64,000 bases of DNA from an uncultured bacterium (GCA_963732385.1 CAVSZB010000005.1:32001-96000), one strand, 5' to 3'. Positions 1-10,221 are shown, counted from the stretch's first letter. The notes: generated by a model not told the origin, from the letters alone. Numbers and translations: made by a program.

Positions 1-282
1 CGGCGCAGACGCCGCGTGCGCCACCGCGCCCACGGCTCGCGCCGACCCCGGAAAGCCTCCCGGCGCCACCGTCACGACGCCGTCGACATGGTCGACCACG
101 GCGCCGAGCGCCCGCACGGCGTCGAGCGACCGCCGCGTGTCGGCGGCATCGAGCCAGCCGTGCGCGCGGCAGGGGCCCGTCGCCAAAGGCGCCAGCAGGG
201 CGACCCGGTGGGAGATCGACTTGTCGCCGGGCACGCGCACGCTTCCACGCAGCGGTCCGACCGAAGGAACGAGCCTGCGCAT
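1..282 (-). CDS. aroA: 3-phosphoshikimate 1-carboxyvinyltransferase (EPSP synthase), 5' part; runs off the window edge
   Basis: Not in the ORF track. Manual translation from ATG at 282 gives MRRLVPSVGPLRGSVRVPGDKSISHRVALL...DTRRSLDAVRALGA, containing the AroA N-terminal PGDKSISHR motif. A GAGG RBS lies upstream. Confidence 0.9.
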   Translation of the reverse strand, partial: MRRLVPSVGPLRGSVRVPGDKSISHRVALLAPLATGPCRAHGWLDAADTRRSLDAVRALGAVVDHVDGVVTVAPGGFPGSARAVGAVAHAASAP

Positions 283-555
283 GGCGACCTCGTGGCGTTG
301 GCGGGGCGGAACCGTGGCGGCCGTCGTGCCGAGGTGCCAGGACTAGCAGAGCCGCCCCCGGGGGTCAAGCGACCGGGGCGCCGCTCGCATTTCGGATTGA
401 CGCTCCTCTTGCCCATGTGCTAACGGTCTTCCTGGGGTCAGAATTCGCATTCCAAGCCGCGCAGCAACCAAGCGCTGTCACTTCAACCGATGTAATGACA
501 ATACATTGCGGCATCAACGCTGCCGCGTCCGCGGCCACCAACAGGAGGCGTTCCC

Positions 556-1431
556 ATGATGAAGCATGCCCGCGTTTTGTTCCTCGGCTGTCTGGCCCTC
601 GCCCTGCTGTGGAGCAGCTGGGCCGGAGCCCAGGCGCCCACGACCATGGCGTACCAGGGCCGCCTGCTGGCGGCGACGGGAGCGCCCGTCACGGCCGCGA
701 CGAGCGTCGCCTTCCGCATCTACGCGGCGGCCTCCGGCGGCACGGCCCTCTGGACCGAAACGCGCAGCGTCACGCCCGACGCCAACGGCGTCTTCACCAT
801 CGATCTGGGCGCGACCACGCCCCTGACCACCACGATCTTCGACGGCACCGTGCGCTACCTGGGTCTCCAGGCGGGCGCCGACGCGGAGATGACGCCGCGT
901 CAGGCGCTCTCGGCGGTGCCGTACGCCCTGCGCTCGGGCGCGGCGGCGGCGCCGGCGTCGATCGAAGGGGTGGCCAACAACGGCGGCAACATCGACCTGA
1001 TCGCGGGCGCCGGCCTGTCGGTGACGGGCAGCGACGCCGCGAACACCATCACCCTGGGCACGGCGATGGGAGGCATGCATCCGATCGCCTACGGCGTCAT
1101 CAACTCTAACGGCACCATCAACAACGACGGCAGCGCAAACTGGACCGTCACCTGGAACGCGTCGGTCAACGGCTATGAAGTCGCCATCTCGGGGTTCAGC
1201 TTCAATCTCTTCTCAGACCTGGCCTTCGTGCAGGGCATGGGCTACGCCACGGCCCGGATGTACATGACCGACGGCGTCAGCAACCACCTGCTCATCTGCC
1301 CCCGTCTCCACGACGGCACCGTTTCCCAGTTTCTCTGCTGCTTCATCGTCTACGATTTCCCCGGCATGAAGTCGGACAGCAGAGTGGCTGACCTGCCGCC
1401 CGGCATCCTCCAGTCCACGCTGGCACGATAG
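556..1431 (+). CDS. Secreted protein with an N-terminal 'YQGRL...VPYAL' domain typical of fibre/collagen-like surface proteins
   Basis: AGGAGG RBS; signal peptide ending ...SWAGA; motif TMAYQGRLL...FRIY...GGTALWTE...GVFTIDLG...PRQALSAVPYAL. Confidence 0.7.
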   Translation: MMKHARVLFLGCLALALLWSSWAGAQAPTTMAYQGRLLAATGAPVTAATSVAFRIYAAASGGTALWTETRSVTPDANGVFTIDLGATTPLTTTIFDGTVRYLGLQAGADAEMTPRQALSAVPYALRSGAAAAPASIEGVANNGGNIDLIAGAGLSVTGSDAANTITLGTAMGGMHPIAYGVINSNGTINNDGSANWTVTWNASVNGYEVAISGFSFNLFSDLAFVQGMGYATARMYMTDGVSNHLLICPRLHDGTVSQFLCCFIVYDFPGMKSDSRVADLPPGILQSTLAR

Positions 1432-1440
1432 GAGGCCATC

Positions 1441-3291
1441 ATGCGCAGAGCCTCCCTCATCCTTGGCGTCCTGATCGCGCTTGGGGCCGGCGCATCGCCG
1501 GCCTGGGCCCAGGGCGCCGTGAAGCCCGGCGGCTTCGTCGTCGGCGGCGGCACGGGGTACACCTTGACGCCGGGCGGCCTCCAGCTCGTGGGCGGCACGT
1601 TCGGCGTGGTCGGCGGCCGCGCGACCTCGGCCAGCTACACGGTCGTCGCGGGGAACATGGCGGGAGCGCCCTCGGGTCCGGCCTTCACCGTCTCCCCGGT
1701 GGCTTCGCCGATCCGGGGCCTCGGCGTGACCGTCACGGCCGTGGCCTCCAGCGGGTCGGGTGGCACCCTGGGCCTGACGCTCCGCTACCGCCAGGGCGGT
1801 GAAGACAGCGGCGTGGCCGTGCCGATGACCAGCAGCAACGGAACGACCTTCTCCGCCCAGATCCCGCCGACCGCCGTCACCGTTCGCGGACTCGAGTACC
1901 ACGTCTTCGGGAGCCAGTATGGAGGGATCACGCCGTCCACGCGGTCGAACCCCCAGCCGCTGACGGTGAACCTCGTCAACTTCGCGTACACGACCCAGCC
2001 CGACGCCCAATACCGGCTGATCGGCTTCTCGCACAACGTCAACCCCAGCGGCCTGGCGGACGTCTTCGTGGACGACCTGGGCGACACCAACCAGACGCAG
2101 TGGAAACTGGGGCGTTGGAACGACGCGGAGCAGAAGTACGACAGCTATTACGAAGTCGGCCCGATCAACCGGGGGCGCGGTTACTGGGTCATCGTCCGGG
2201 GCGACCGCGGCGTGGGCGCCAGCGGTACCTCGACAGCCCCTGACACCGTCGTGGGCACGCAGCGCTACACCAAGATCGTCCTGCAGGCGGGCTGGAACCA
2301 GATCGCCAATCCGTGCGCCTTCCTGGTGGACTGGGAGGGGCGTCTCGTGCCGGGCGGCGGCGTCGATGCCGCGCTCTGGTCCTGGAACGGCAGCGGCTAT
2401 GTGCAGTCCACGACGCTATGGCCGTTCGTCGGCTACTGGGTGAACAACACGCAGGCCGCCCCGCGGATGCTGCTGTTGCCGTACGCCGAGACGTCGTTGA
2501 CCGAGGCGAAGGCGGTCGCGGCGACGACCGCGCGCGCCGACCTCTGGCGCCTCGGCCTGCAACTGGCCGCCGGCGACGCCACCGACACCACGACCGAAGT
2601 CGGTCTGGCGGTCGATGCGAGCGACGGCTACGACGTCGCGGACTACGGCAAGCCGCCCTGCCCGCCGGGCCGTTACCTCGCCGTCAGTTCGGTGCTGACG
2701 CAGGTCGGCGCGCGCCCGGTGCGCCTGGCCGGCGACTTCCGCTCGCCCGACGCCGAGGGCTGGCGCTTCCCGCTCCTCGTTCAGGGCAACGTCGGGATGG
2801 CGGCCACGCTGCGGCTGACCGGCCTGCCCGACCTGCCGCCGGAGTACGTGGTCGCGCTCGTCGACCTGAGCACCGGCCAGGCGTACGACCTGCGCGAAGA
2901 CGACGGCCTCATCCTGCCGCTGGTGCCGTCGGCGGCCGGGACCCGCTACGATCTGGTGGTCGGATCGGAGGCGTGGCTGCGCGGCGAGGTGGGCGAAACG
3001 ACGACCATGCCCAAACGCACCGCGCTGCTGCCGAACTACCCCAACCCGTTCAACCCGAGCACGAAGATCGCTTTCGATCTGACCGGGCCGACCTACGTCC
3101 GGCTGGAGATCTTCGACCTGGCCGGGCGGCGCGTGACGACCCTGGTGAACGAGCAGACGCCGGGCGGCCGCCACGTCGCCACGTGGGACGGACGCGACGA
3201 CCGCGGGCGGACGCAGGCCAGCGGGGCGTATTTCTATCGCCTGACCGCGGGCAACGTCATGCTGACCCGTCCGTTGACGATGCTGAAATAG
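1441..3291 (+). CDS. Secreted beta-rich protein with a C-terminal FlgD Ig-like (T9SS-type sorting) domain
   Basis: Signal peptide ending ASPAWA; C-terminus LLPNYPNPFNPSTKIAFDL...IFDLAGRRVTTL...WDGRDDRG...ASGAYFYRL; GGAGG RBS. Confidence 0.85.
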   Translation: MRRASLILGVLIALGAGASPAWAQGAVKPGGFVVGGGTGYTLTPGGLQLVGGTFGVVGGRATSASYTVVAGNMAGAPSGPAFTVSPVASPIRGLGVTVTAVASSGSGGTLGLTLRYRQGGEDSGVAVPMTSSNGTTFSAQIPPTAVTVRGLEYHVFGSQYGGITPSTRSNPQPLTVNLVNFAYTTQPDAQYRLIGFSHNVNPSGLADVFVDDLGDTNQTQWKLGRWNDAEQKYDSYYEVGPINRGRGYWVIVRGDRGVGASGTSTAPDTVVGTQRYTKIVLQAGWNQIANPCAFLVDWEGRLVPGGGVDAALWSWNGSGYVQSTTLWPFVGYWVNNTQAAPRMLLLPYAETSLTEAKAVAATTARADLWRLGLQLAAGDATDTTTEVGLAVDASDGYDVADYGKPPCPPGRYLAVSSVLTQVGARPVRLAGDFRSPDAEGWRFPLLVQGNVGMAATLRLTGLPDLPPEYVVALVDLSTGQAYDLREDDGLILPLVPSAAGTRYDLVVGSEAWLRGEVGETTTMPKRTALLPNYPNPFNPSTKIAFDLTGPTYVRLEIFDLAGRRVTTLVNEQTPGGRHVATWDGRDDRGRTQASGAYFYRLTAGNVMLTRPLTMLK

Positions 3292-3322
3292 CGACGCGCT
3301 CGCTGCCACGGATAGCACGGAA

Positions 3323-3350
3323 AGAGGGCCTCCTGCGCAGGAGGCCCTCT
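3323..3350. terminator. Probable bidirectional intrinsic terminator between convergent genes
   Basis: Perfect 28-bp palindrome AGAGGGCCTCCTGC-GCAGGAGGCCCTCT, with A residues on the left and CTTGTT on the right, between the stop at 3291 and the tssM stop at 3400. Confidence 0.75.
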
Positions 3351-3399
3351 CTTGTTGCCGGGGCGCCGCGGGCGCGCGAACCCGACCGGCGAAGGCAGG

Positions 3400-6300
3400 C
3401 TACTGCCCCATATTGGCCGGCAGCCTGAACTGCGCGAAGAAGCCGGGGGCGAACGGGTTGTCGCGGGAGCGCGGCTGCAGGTCGTAGCTGGCCGGCTGGC
3501 TGTGGCCGCTGCCGTCCTCGAGCGCCCACTCCAGCCGGTAGAGGCCGCCGTCCTGGGGCGTGACCGTGGCCGCATCCAGCAGGCGGAAGAGGGACCACAC
3601 CCCTTCCTGTGCGTTCTCGGGCTCCGAACCGTCGCTCAGGTGCAGGGCGATGCGGGCCGCCTGCACGCCCCCCAGGTCCGGCCACTGGTACGGCCACCAC
3701 TTGCGCCCGCCGCTGCCGCTGGAGTACTCGAGCGAGGCGCTGTTGCCGATCTTGAGGCTCGAGTACTGGGCCGGCGGCGTGACCTGGCGCGGCCGGATGT
3801 CGAAGGCGAGCCGCGGTTCGTCGGCGTTCTCGAGGCCGAAGGCGCGGCGGATCGCCGCCGCCGCGTCGAGGGCCAGCTTCAACTCGGCGCCGAGTCCGGC
3901 GTCCCCGCCGCCCGCGCCGCCGCTGCCCGACGCCGCGTACTGGGGCAGTTCGCGGTCCACGAACGTCTTGAGCGTCCCCTTGACCCCGCCGAAGAAGCGC
4001 CCGAACTCGTCGACCGTCACGTCGACCCGGCTCGTGCGGTCGAAGGGATACTTCGACGCCAGCGACCGGTACGGCTCGAGGACCTGCCGCTGCCACGATT
4101 CGTCGAGCCGGCTGAACGACTCGCCCCGGCAGGCCCGCAGGGCGATCTGCGCCGGGCCGCGCAGGTACGCCCGGAGCGCCTCGTTGCTGGCCGTCTCGCC
4201 CCGGCGCGACGACCCGCAGAACCGGTTGGCGATCCCCTGCAGGTGCCCGAAGACGTGGTCCTCGCTCTCGGGCTTCTGGTCGATCTCGCGCGTCATCTCG
4301 AGCGCCCGCCGCCCGGTGTCGCCGGCCCCGCGCAGCTCGGCGAGCTTGGCCGCCAGCTTGGTGAACATTTCGCGGTAGTCGCCCGCCCGGCTCCCCTCCG
4401 GTCCGACGTCGCCCGCCTTCTTCACGAAGGCGCGCAGCGTGGCGAAAGCGGCGTCGATGTCGAGCAGACGGGAGTACGTGACGCGGTCGTCGCCCTTGAG
4501 CTGGCTGTCGAAGTAGACGTTGCGTTCGACCTCCTGCAGCAGGCGGTAGAACGGCGAATCGTCCCGCGCCAGATCCTCGAGGCGGTCGACCGTCTCCATG
4601 AGACCGCCCTGGCGCGACACGGCCACGGCGCTCAGGAAACGGTTCCAGCGCTCGACGTACTCGCGCGCGTACCAGGAGAGGAAACTGGACGGATCGGCAG
4701 CATCGCGTCCGGCTCCCCGCAGGTCCGCCATCAGCCAGGCCGGCAGCGGCTGGTTGCCCGTCCTGGCCAGCGAGGCCCGGATCCGCTCCCAGCCGCCGAG
4801 GGTGAAAGCCCCCTCCACCCGCGGTCCCTCCGACGCACCGTCGGCCGCGACCAGCAGCAGCGGCGCCCCCGGCACCGAGGCCAGCGTGAACGGGCCGGCC
4901 TCGTGACTGGCGGCATCGATCAACGCCGAGAACAGCCGGTCCTCGCGCGACGACGCCTCCCAGAGACCCCGGAGGCGATAGGCCAGGTCGCTCGACGGCG
5001 CCGTGCGCCAGGCCGCCAGATCCTCCTTGTGGGTCCAGGTGTAGGCGACGTGCTGCTGGATCAGCGTCAGCAGTTCGCCGCCCTCCCCGCCGCCGCGGCC
5101 GGTCCACAGACGCCCGAGCTGGCCGGCCAGCAGCGGCGCCTCGCCGAGGGAGGGATCGCAAAGCATCCGGTAGGCGACATACGGCTCGTAGAAGGCGTCC
5201 CATGCTGACCGTGACTCCGGCGCGGCGAGCCGGCGTTCGAGCTCGTCGCGACTGGGCACCAGCAGCGCCCGCGCCAGACCGTCGACGTAGCGACGGCGGG
5301 CCTGCCGGTTGAGTTCGCGCCCCTGGTAGAGGCCGAGTCCGAGGCGGAAGCCGGCGCGCGCGTCGCGCGCGTCGAGCAGCTCCAGCTGCCGGCGCAACGG
5401 GTCGAGCTGCTGCAGCTGGACGCGCAGATCTCCGGGCGAGCGCGGCGTGACCGGATCGGCCCGGTAGTCGAGCGCCACGCGCTGCGTTTCGCGCAACAGC
5501 CGGCGATTGCCCACGAACGACGACAGCATCCAGACGCCGCACAGCAGCAGCCCCAGGCCGGCGGCGGCGGCGCCCAGCAGGTGCATCCTCCGGCCCCGCT
5601 GCGTCGCGCCGGCGGTGGGGCGGGCGATCGCGCGATCGGGGATGATCACGTTCAGGAACAGGTTCGCCAGGAAGCTCGGAGGGGTCTGGCCCGCGCCGGC
5701 GACGGGCCCGCCGCCGCCGCCGCTGGCGAAGTAGAGCCCGCGCAGCAGCGGGCCGTGCTCGAAGCTGCCGGTGGCGAACAGCCCCTTCACGCAGTGCCGC
5801 AGGCGGTCCCGCAGCGCGTGGAACTCCAGCGGGAAGAGGTAGATGCCGCCCAGCGGCTCCGGGCGCAGCTCGCGCACGAGCCGCGGCATCCGCCGCTTCA
5901 GGAGAGTGTGGTACAGGAGCTGGAACTCCTGGTCGAACAGCTTTTCCGGCGTGGTCTGCGCCATCAGGGCGCCGCTGAGCGTCGCGCCCCAGATCTGGTC
6001 GCGCGCCGCCCCCGACAGATCGCCGAAGAACTCCCCGAAGCCGCGGATCAGGTCGATCTTCGTCACCACGACATAGACGGGGAAGACCAGGCGCAGGTCG
6101 CGGCTGAGGTCGTCGAGGCGCCGGCGCAACAGCTGGATCTGCGCCTCCAGCCGCGCGCCGTGGCCCTGGCTGAGCTCCTCGGCGGAGATCGTCACGACGA
6201 CGCCGTTGAGGGCCGGCTGGCGAATCTTGCGGAGCTGTTCGAGAAAGGCGCTCCAGTCCCGCTCCGTGGCCTTGTCCTGCGCGGGATCGGCGAAGCGGTG

Positions 6301-6846
6301 ATCCGCCTCCAGCACGACGGCCTGGTTCGTGAACCACCACTCGCAGTGGCGCGAGCTGCCGATCGCCTTCATGTCGCCCGCCTGCCGACCCGGCACGCGC
6401 AGGCCGGAATGGCGCACGAGCGTGCTCTTGCCCGCGCCGTCGGCGCCCAGCACCATGATCCAGGGCAGGGCATGCAGGGCCGCGCCGCCGGCCACGCCGC
6501 CGGCCACGGAGCTCCGCTTCAGCGCGGCGAGCGCCGCCAGCAGTTCCTGGCGGGCCGCCTCGCGCGAACGCTTCTGGTCGTCGCCGGCGTCGGCCACGCT
6601 GGCGTCCGCCTCGCGGATCAGCGACACCTCGACCTGCTCGGACTGCTTCCGCCGGCGCAGGATCAGCACGAGCTCCACCGCCAGCGCCACGACCACGATC
6701 CCGATGATGAGATAGAGGCGCAGATGGCCGGTGATGCCGAAGCGGCCGCCCAGGCGCAGCAGCAGCGCCACCAGCGCCGCCGCCACGAGCAGGACCACGC
6801 TCTGCGGGTGGAACAGGATCTTGAAGATCTTGGCGATGATGTTCAT
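3400..6846 (-). CDS. tssM: T6SS membrane complex subunit TssM (IcmF)
   Basis: N-terminal TM helices; LPWIMVLGADGAGKSTL Walker A; CEWWFTNQAVVLE; LNGVVV; FPVYVVVTKIDLIRGF; LLRGLYFAS; C-terminal YPF and W-LFRLLD; follows tssL. Confidence 0.95.
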   Translation of the reverse strand: MNIIAKIFKILFHPQSVVLLVAAALVALLLRLGGRFGITGHLRLYLIIGIVVVALAVELVLILRRRKQSEQVEVSLIREADASVADAGDDQKRSREAARQELLAALAALKRSSVAGGVAGGAALHALPWIMVLGADGAGKSTLVRHSGLRVPGRQAGDMKAIGSSRHCEWWFTNQAVVLEADHRFADPAQDKATERDWSAFLEQLRKIRQPALNGVVVTISAEELSQGHGARLEAQIQLLRRRLDDLSRDLRLVFPVYVVVTKIDLIRGFGEFFGDLSGAARDQIWGATLSGALMAQTTPEKLFDQEFQLLYHTLLKRRMPRLVRELRPEPLGGIYLFPLEFHALRDRLRHCVKGLFATGSFEHGPLLRGLYFASGGGGGPVAGAGQTPPSFLANLFLNVIIPDRAIARPTAGATQRGRRMHLLGAAAAGLGLLLCGVWMLSSFVGNRRLLRETQRVALDYRADPVTPRSPGDLRVQLQQLDPLRRQLELLDARDARAGFRLGLGLYQGRELNRQARRRYVDGLARALLVPSRDELERRLAAPESRSAWDAFYEPYVAYRMLCDPSLGEAPLLAGQLGRLWTGRGGGEGGELLTLIQQHVAYTWTHKEDLAAWRTAPSSDLAYRLRGLWEASSREDRLFSALIDAASHEAGPFTLASVPGAPLLLVAADGASEGPRVEGAFTLGGWERIRASLARTGNQPLPAWLMADLRGAGRDAADPSSFLSWYAREYVERWNRFLSAVAVSRQGGLMETVDRLEDLARDDSPFYRLLQEVERNVYFDSQLKGDDRVTYSRLLDIDAAFATLRAFVKKAGDVGPEGSRAGDYREMFTKLAAKLAELRGAGDTGRRALEMTREIDQKPESEDHVFGHLQGIANRFCGSSRRGETASNEALRAYLRGPAQIALRACRGESFSRLDESWQRQVLEPYRSLASKYPFDRTSRVDVTVDEFGRFFGGVKGTLKTFVDRELPQYAASGSGGAGGGDAGLGAELKLALDAAAAIRRAFGLENADEPRLAFDIRPRQVTPPAQYSSLKIGNSASLEYSSGSGGRKWWPYQWPDLGGVQAARIALHLSDGSEPENAQEGVWSLFRLLDAATVTPQDGGLYRLEWALEDGSGHSQPASYDLQPRSRDNPFAPGFFAQFRLPANMGQ

Positions 6847-6916
6847 GGCCCTCCGCCACGCCCCGGGACGTCCGCTGCGACCGCGCGGCGCCGCCTGCGC
6901 GCCGCGTCGCGCCCTC

Positions 6917-7600
6917 TCAGCGCAGCAGCGCGAGCGCCTTGTGCGCCGCGCCGCCGATCATCAGGCGCAGGATCACGTACAGGACCAGCAGCCCGCCCGC
7001 GCCGCCGGCCACCGCCCACCAGAGCGGGAAGCCGCCCGCTGCGCCCCCCGCCGGGTTGTCGCGTCGCTTGCCGTTGGGCGCGAGCCTGATCTCCCGCCGG
7101 TCGCGCGGGTCGTAGCCCAGCTCGCGGCGGATCTCGTCGACCAGCGGCCGCAACTGCTCGCGCCCCGCCACCCGGTACTGCCCCTCGAAGCCGAGCGTCA
7201 GGCAGAGGTGGTAGATCTCGAGCAGGTCGTGCTTCGCGTCGCCGCCGCGGCGCACCTCGGCGAGGTTCGTGAAGAAGCGCGTGCCGGCGAGCCTGTCGCC
7301 GAACAGCTGATGCTGCAGCGGATTGGCGCGCCACAGTTCGCGGTGGTCCCAGTTCGAGCCGAGGATCGTCTCGTCGATGAAGGCCACCAGCGGGTACTTC
7401 ACGGCCTCGATGTCGTCGCGCCCGAAACCGGCTTCGAGCCCCTCGCGCTCGAGGCCGGCCAGGTGGCTCCTGATGCTCTGGCGCAGCGCATCCTCGCTGC
7501 CGTAGTTGCTGCTGTCGCGCAAAGAGAGGATGACGCCGAACAAACCGGTGGCGAGGTCCTGCAGACTGCGCCGCGGTCGGACCTGCTGCGCCCGTTCCAT
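6917..7600 (-). CDS. tssL: T6SS membrane protein TssL (DotU family), without an OmpA-like C-terminal extension
   Basis: YPLVAFIDETIL...W...PLQHQLFG...GTRFF...LEIYHLCLTLGFEGQY; C-terminal TM helix; start refined to ATG at 7600. Confidence 0.93.
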   Translation of the reverse strand: MERAQQVRPRRSLQDLATGLFGVILSLRDSSNYGSEDALRQSIRSHLAGLEREGLEAGFGRDDIEAVKYPLVAFIDETILGSNWDHRELWRANPLQHQLFGDRLAGTRFFTNLAEVRRGGDAKHDLLEIYHLCLTLGFEGQYRVAGREQLRPLVDEIRRELGYDPRDRREIRLAPNGKRRDNPAGGAAGGFPLWWAVAGGAGGLLVLYVILRLMIGGAAHKALALLR

Positions 7601-7622
7601 GCCGCCACCCCCCTGGCTTCTC

Positions 7623-8978
7623 TTACTGCATGACGACGAGTTCGTAGGTGAGGCCGCACAGGTCGTGGCTGCCGGTGTAGATGGCCAGCGAGCGCCCCTC
7701 CACGATCGTGTCCCAGATCTCGCCCCGGGACTCGAGCTTGAAGTACGTGCGTCCAACCTTCAGCGGGAAATTCCGCGGCGGCACCGGCACGTGGACCGGC
7801 ACCACGCCGGGCGTGGCGGTCCGCACCAGGAAGTCGATGTTGTGCGGGCTGCCGACGATCACCTGCACCGGGACCTCGTCGCGGACACGCGCCTCCGACA
7901 GTTCGCCGCTCACGCCCAGGAACCACTGGACCGACGGCTCGAACAGACGCTCGTCGGCGCAGGTGCCCACGAGCACCCACTCGTCGCGCGGGGCGAGCGG
8001 GATGGCGGTGACGAGCTGGGGAATGCCCTTCTCGAGCAGTTCGCGGATGGTCCGCTCCAGTTCGCCGAACACCGGGCCGAGGTTCTCGTGCTGGTAGGCC
8101 GGCAGTTCGCGGGGGCTCCGGTCGACCACGAACGTGCAGAGCGCGCCCGCCAGCTGCGCCAGCGTGAGGTACGCCGGCAGCGGGTGGCCGCGCGGATTGC
8201 GCTGGTGGTGCGCCAGCAGAGGGACGAACGAGTTCGCGGTGTGCAGCAGCCAGAAGTGACCCACGTCGGCGGTGCCGAAATCGACCAGCCCGCCCCCGCG
8301 CTGCCGCGTCCCCTCGCTCAGGTAGGCGCTCTTGGTCACCAGCGTCTCGAGCAGGAAGCGCATGATGCCGGGCAGCGGACCGGCTGCCGCGATCGTCAGG
8401 CTCGGCGGCGCATAGTCGCGCGCGAGGATGAACCGGCCGTCGCTGGCGCGTTCGATCTCGGCGATCTTCAGCACGACGTGACCGGCCAGGTTCTCGCCGC
8501 CGAAGGCGAGCTTCAGATTCAGGCGCGAAACGACGATCTCGACCTGCTTGCCGGGGTCGTTCTCGTCGATGACCCGCACCACATCGCCGAGCTGGCGCGT
8601 TTCCGCGGCGCCGGTGCGCTCGGGCAGGCGGCAGAGCGGCACGCCGGCCCGCTCCTCGGGCGTGGCCAGGAACACCTCGAACCGCGTCTGGTCGGGACCG
8701 AACGCCTCGTTGAGCGGCCGACTGGGCGGCAGCGGGTCGACGGCGGGCGCGCGCACGATGCCGCCGTCGGGCAGGACGGCGTCCACCTCCAGCAGGGTCA
8801 GGCGGCCGTTGCCCAGCGCCTCGGTATCGATCTGCAGCGAGCGGACGCCCCAGGCGAACGGGATCAGGGCGTCCTGCCGGAACTGGATCTCGCCGAGCAG
8901 GGCGCGATCCGCCTGCTGGAAATGCTGAGGGCCGAGAAACATGCCCTCCTGCCAGACGACGCGGTTGTGACGGCTCAT
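7623..8978 (-). CDS. tssK: T6SS baseplate subunit TssK
   Basis: VVWQEGMFLGPQHFQQADR...WGVRSLQID...VLPDG; Y-HENLGPVF. Confidence 0.96.
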   Translation of the reverse strand: MSRHNRVVWQEGMFLGPQHFQQADRALLGEIQFRQDALIPFAWGVRSLQIDTEALGNGRLTLLEVDAVLPDGGIVRAPAVDPLPPSRPLNEAFGPDQTRFEVFLATPEERAGVPLCRLPERTGAAETRQLGDVVRVIDENDPGKQVEIVVSRLNLKLAFGGENLAGHVVLKIAEIERASDGRFILARDYAPPSLTIAAAGPLPGIMRFLLETLVTKSAYLSEGTRQRGGGLVDFGTADVGHFWLLHTANSFVPLLAHHQRNPRGHPLPAYLTLAQLAGALCTFVVDRSPRELPAYQHENLGPVFGELERTIRELLEKGIPQLVTAIPLAPRDEWVLVGTCADERLFEPSVQWFLGVSGELSEARVRDEVPVQVIVGSPHNIDFLVRTATPGVVPVHVPVPPRNFPLKVGRTYFKLESRGEIWDTIVEGRSLAIYTGSHDLCGLTYELVVMQ

Positions 8979-9009
8979 GATCGCTGCGGCCCCTTCGTTG
9001 TCCGCCCGC

Positions 9010-9486
9010 TCACGACTTGTCCGCGGTCAGGCAGAGCTTCTCCAGGCGGATGGCGATCCGGGCGGAACCGCCCTCGAGCCTGACCACCTTTTTCCAGCAC
9101 CCCGAACGGTGATCGCAGAAATCCGCCACCACGCCGACGGCCGTCACCCCCTTGCCGCGCGCCAGCTCGAAGATCTGCGCCGGCTCGCCCGGCATGACGG
9201 TCAGCTCCCTGACCGACGCCACGGCCTCGCCCAATGCCCGGCCCCGGTCGTCCCAGAGCCGGTCGAAGGCCGCTTCGCCGAACGCCTCCGCGTCGCGCAG
9301 GCTGTAGATGCGCACGACCACGGCATGATCGGCCGGATCGTCGCACGAGTTCAGGCGGGCCGCCCCCACCACGCTGAAGGCATCCCTGGCGGCGCCGCCC
9401 AGCCCCAGCATGCTGCATCCGCTGACGCCCACGGCCAGGCCCAGGAGCGTCCCCAGCGCCAGCGCCCTACCGATTCTGACCGACAT
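9010..9486 (-). CDS. tssJ: T6SS outer-membrane lipoprotein TssJ
   Basis: Lipobox VSGC; LN...AVVVRIYSL...F...PGE...VGVVADF...WK; directly upstream of tssK. Confidence 0.88.
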   Translation of the reverse strand: MSVRIGRALALGTLLGLAVGVSGCSMLGLGGAARDAFSVVGAARLNSCDDPADHAVVVRIYSLRDAEAFGEAAFDRLWDDRGRALGEAVASVRELTVMPGEPAQIFELARGKGVTAVGVVADFCDHRSGCWKKVVRLEGGSARIAIRLEKLCLTADKS

Positions 9487-9567
9487 CTTCGACTCCTTCG
9501 TGCGCAGCCGCTGCGGGAAGGGCCGGCGCGCGGTCCGTATGACCGGCGCGGCCTCGCCGCGCCAGAC

Positions 9568-10221
9568 TCAGCGGCCTGCGATGCCGGGCGGTGGCGGGAA
9601 GCCCGGCAACGGTCCGGCCGGCGTCGTTTCGCCGTCGCCGCCGCCGCCACCGAGACTCATGGCCAGACCGCCGACCACGCCGACGATCAGCGCGATGCCC
9701 AGCGGCTTGGCGAAGAACGACTTGCCGCCCTTTCCGGTCTGCACCGGCGTCGGCTGCCAGGTCGGCTGCGGCGCGGGAGCGGGCGTCGCGGGCGACACGG
9801 TCGCCGGCGCCGACTCGCTGCGGCAGCCCGCCGCGGCCTGATCGAAGTCCACCTGCTCGTCCCTGGGCAGCACGTCGGCCTCCGGACGCCAGCCGGCGTC
9901 GATCCGGAGCGCCTCGCAGAACATGTCGCGCGCGATGCTGTGATTGCCCAGGTTCACCAGACAACGCGCCTTCAGCACGTAGGCGTCGCGCAGGGCCGCA
10001 CCTTCGAGCGTGCCGCCACTGATGAACTCGTTGCAGATGTCGAGCGCCTTCTGGAAGTCCGCGAAATCATACAGATCCTGGGCCTGAGCGAGTGCCGGAG
10101 TCCCGGCCGCGAGCGCGGCCCCGATCCAGAGCCCGCCCGGAGCCACGGTGGCCAGAAAGGCGATCAGGGTCGCCAGGCCCAGAACCCGAAAAGCGTTGTG
10201 GCGACGGTAATTGCCCATCAT
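9568..10221 (-). CDS. Exported TPR-like protein with a C-terminal membrane anchor and Pro-rich tail
   Basis: N-terminal hydrophobic signal; helical AQDLYDFADFQKALD...AYVLKARCLVNLG...ARDMFCEALRID; C-terminal TM then GGGGGD...PGFPPPP. Confidence 0.65.
   Translation of the reverse strand: MMGNYRRHNAFRVLGLATLIAFLATVAPGGLWIGAALAAGTPALAQAQDLYDFADFQKALDICNEFISGGTLEGAALRDAYVLKARCLVNLGNHSIARDMFCEALRIDAGWRPEADVLPRDEQVDFDQAAAGCRSESAPATVSPATPAPAPQPTWQPTPVQTGKGGKSFFAKPLGIALIVGVVGGLAMSLGGGGGDGETTPAGPLPGFPPPPGIAGR

Noticed and set aside
3257..6859. Very long alternative-frame and antisense ORFs (e.g. 3257-6859, 36312-39803, 36686-39946, 45125-48304, 47943-50762)
   Set aside because: These are shadow ORFs of high-GC coding sequence. 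They are Arg/Pro/Ala-rich, lack motifs and overlap well-supported genes.
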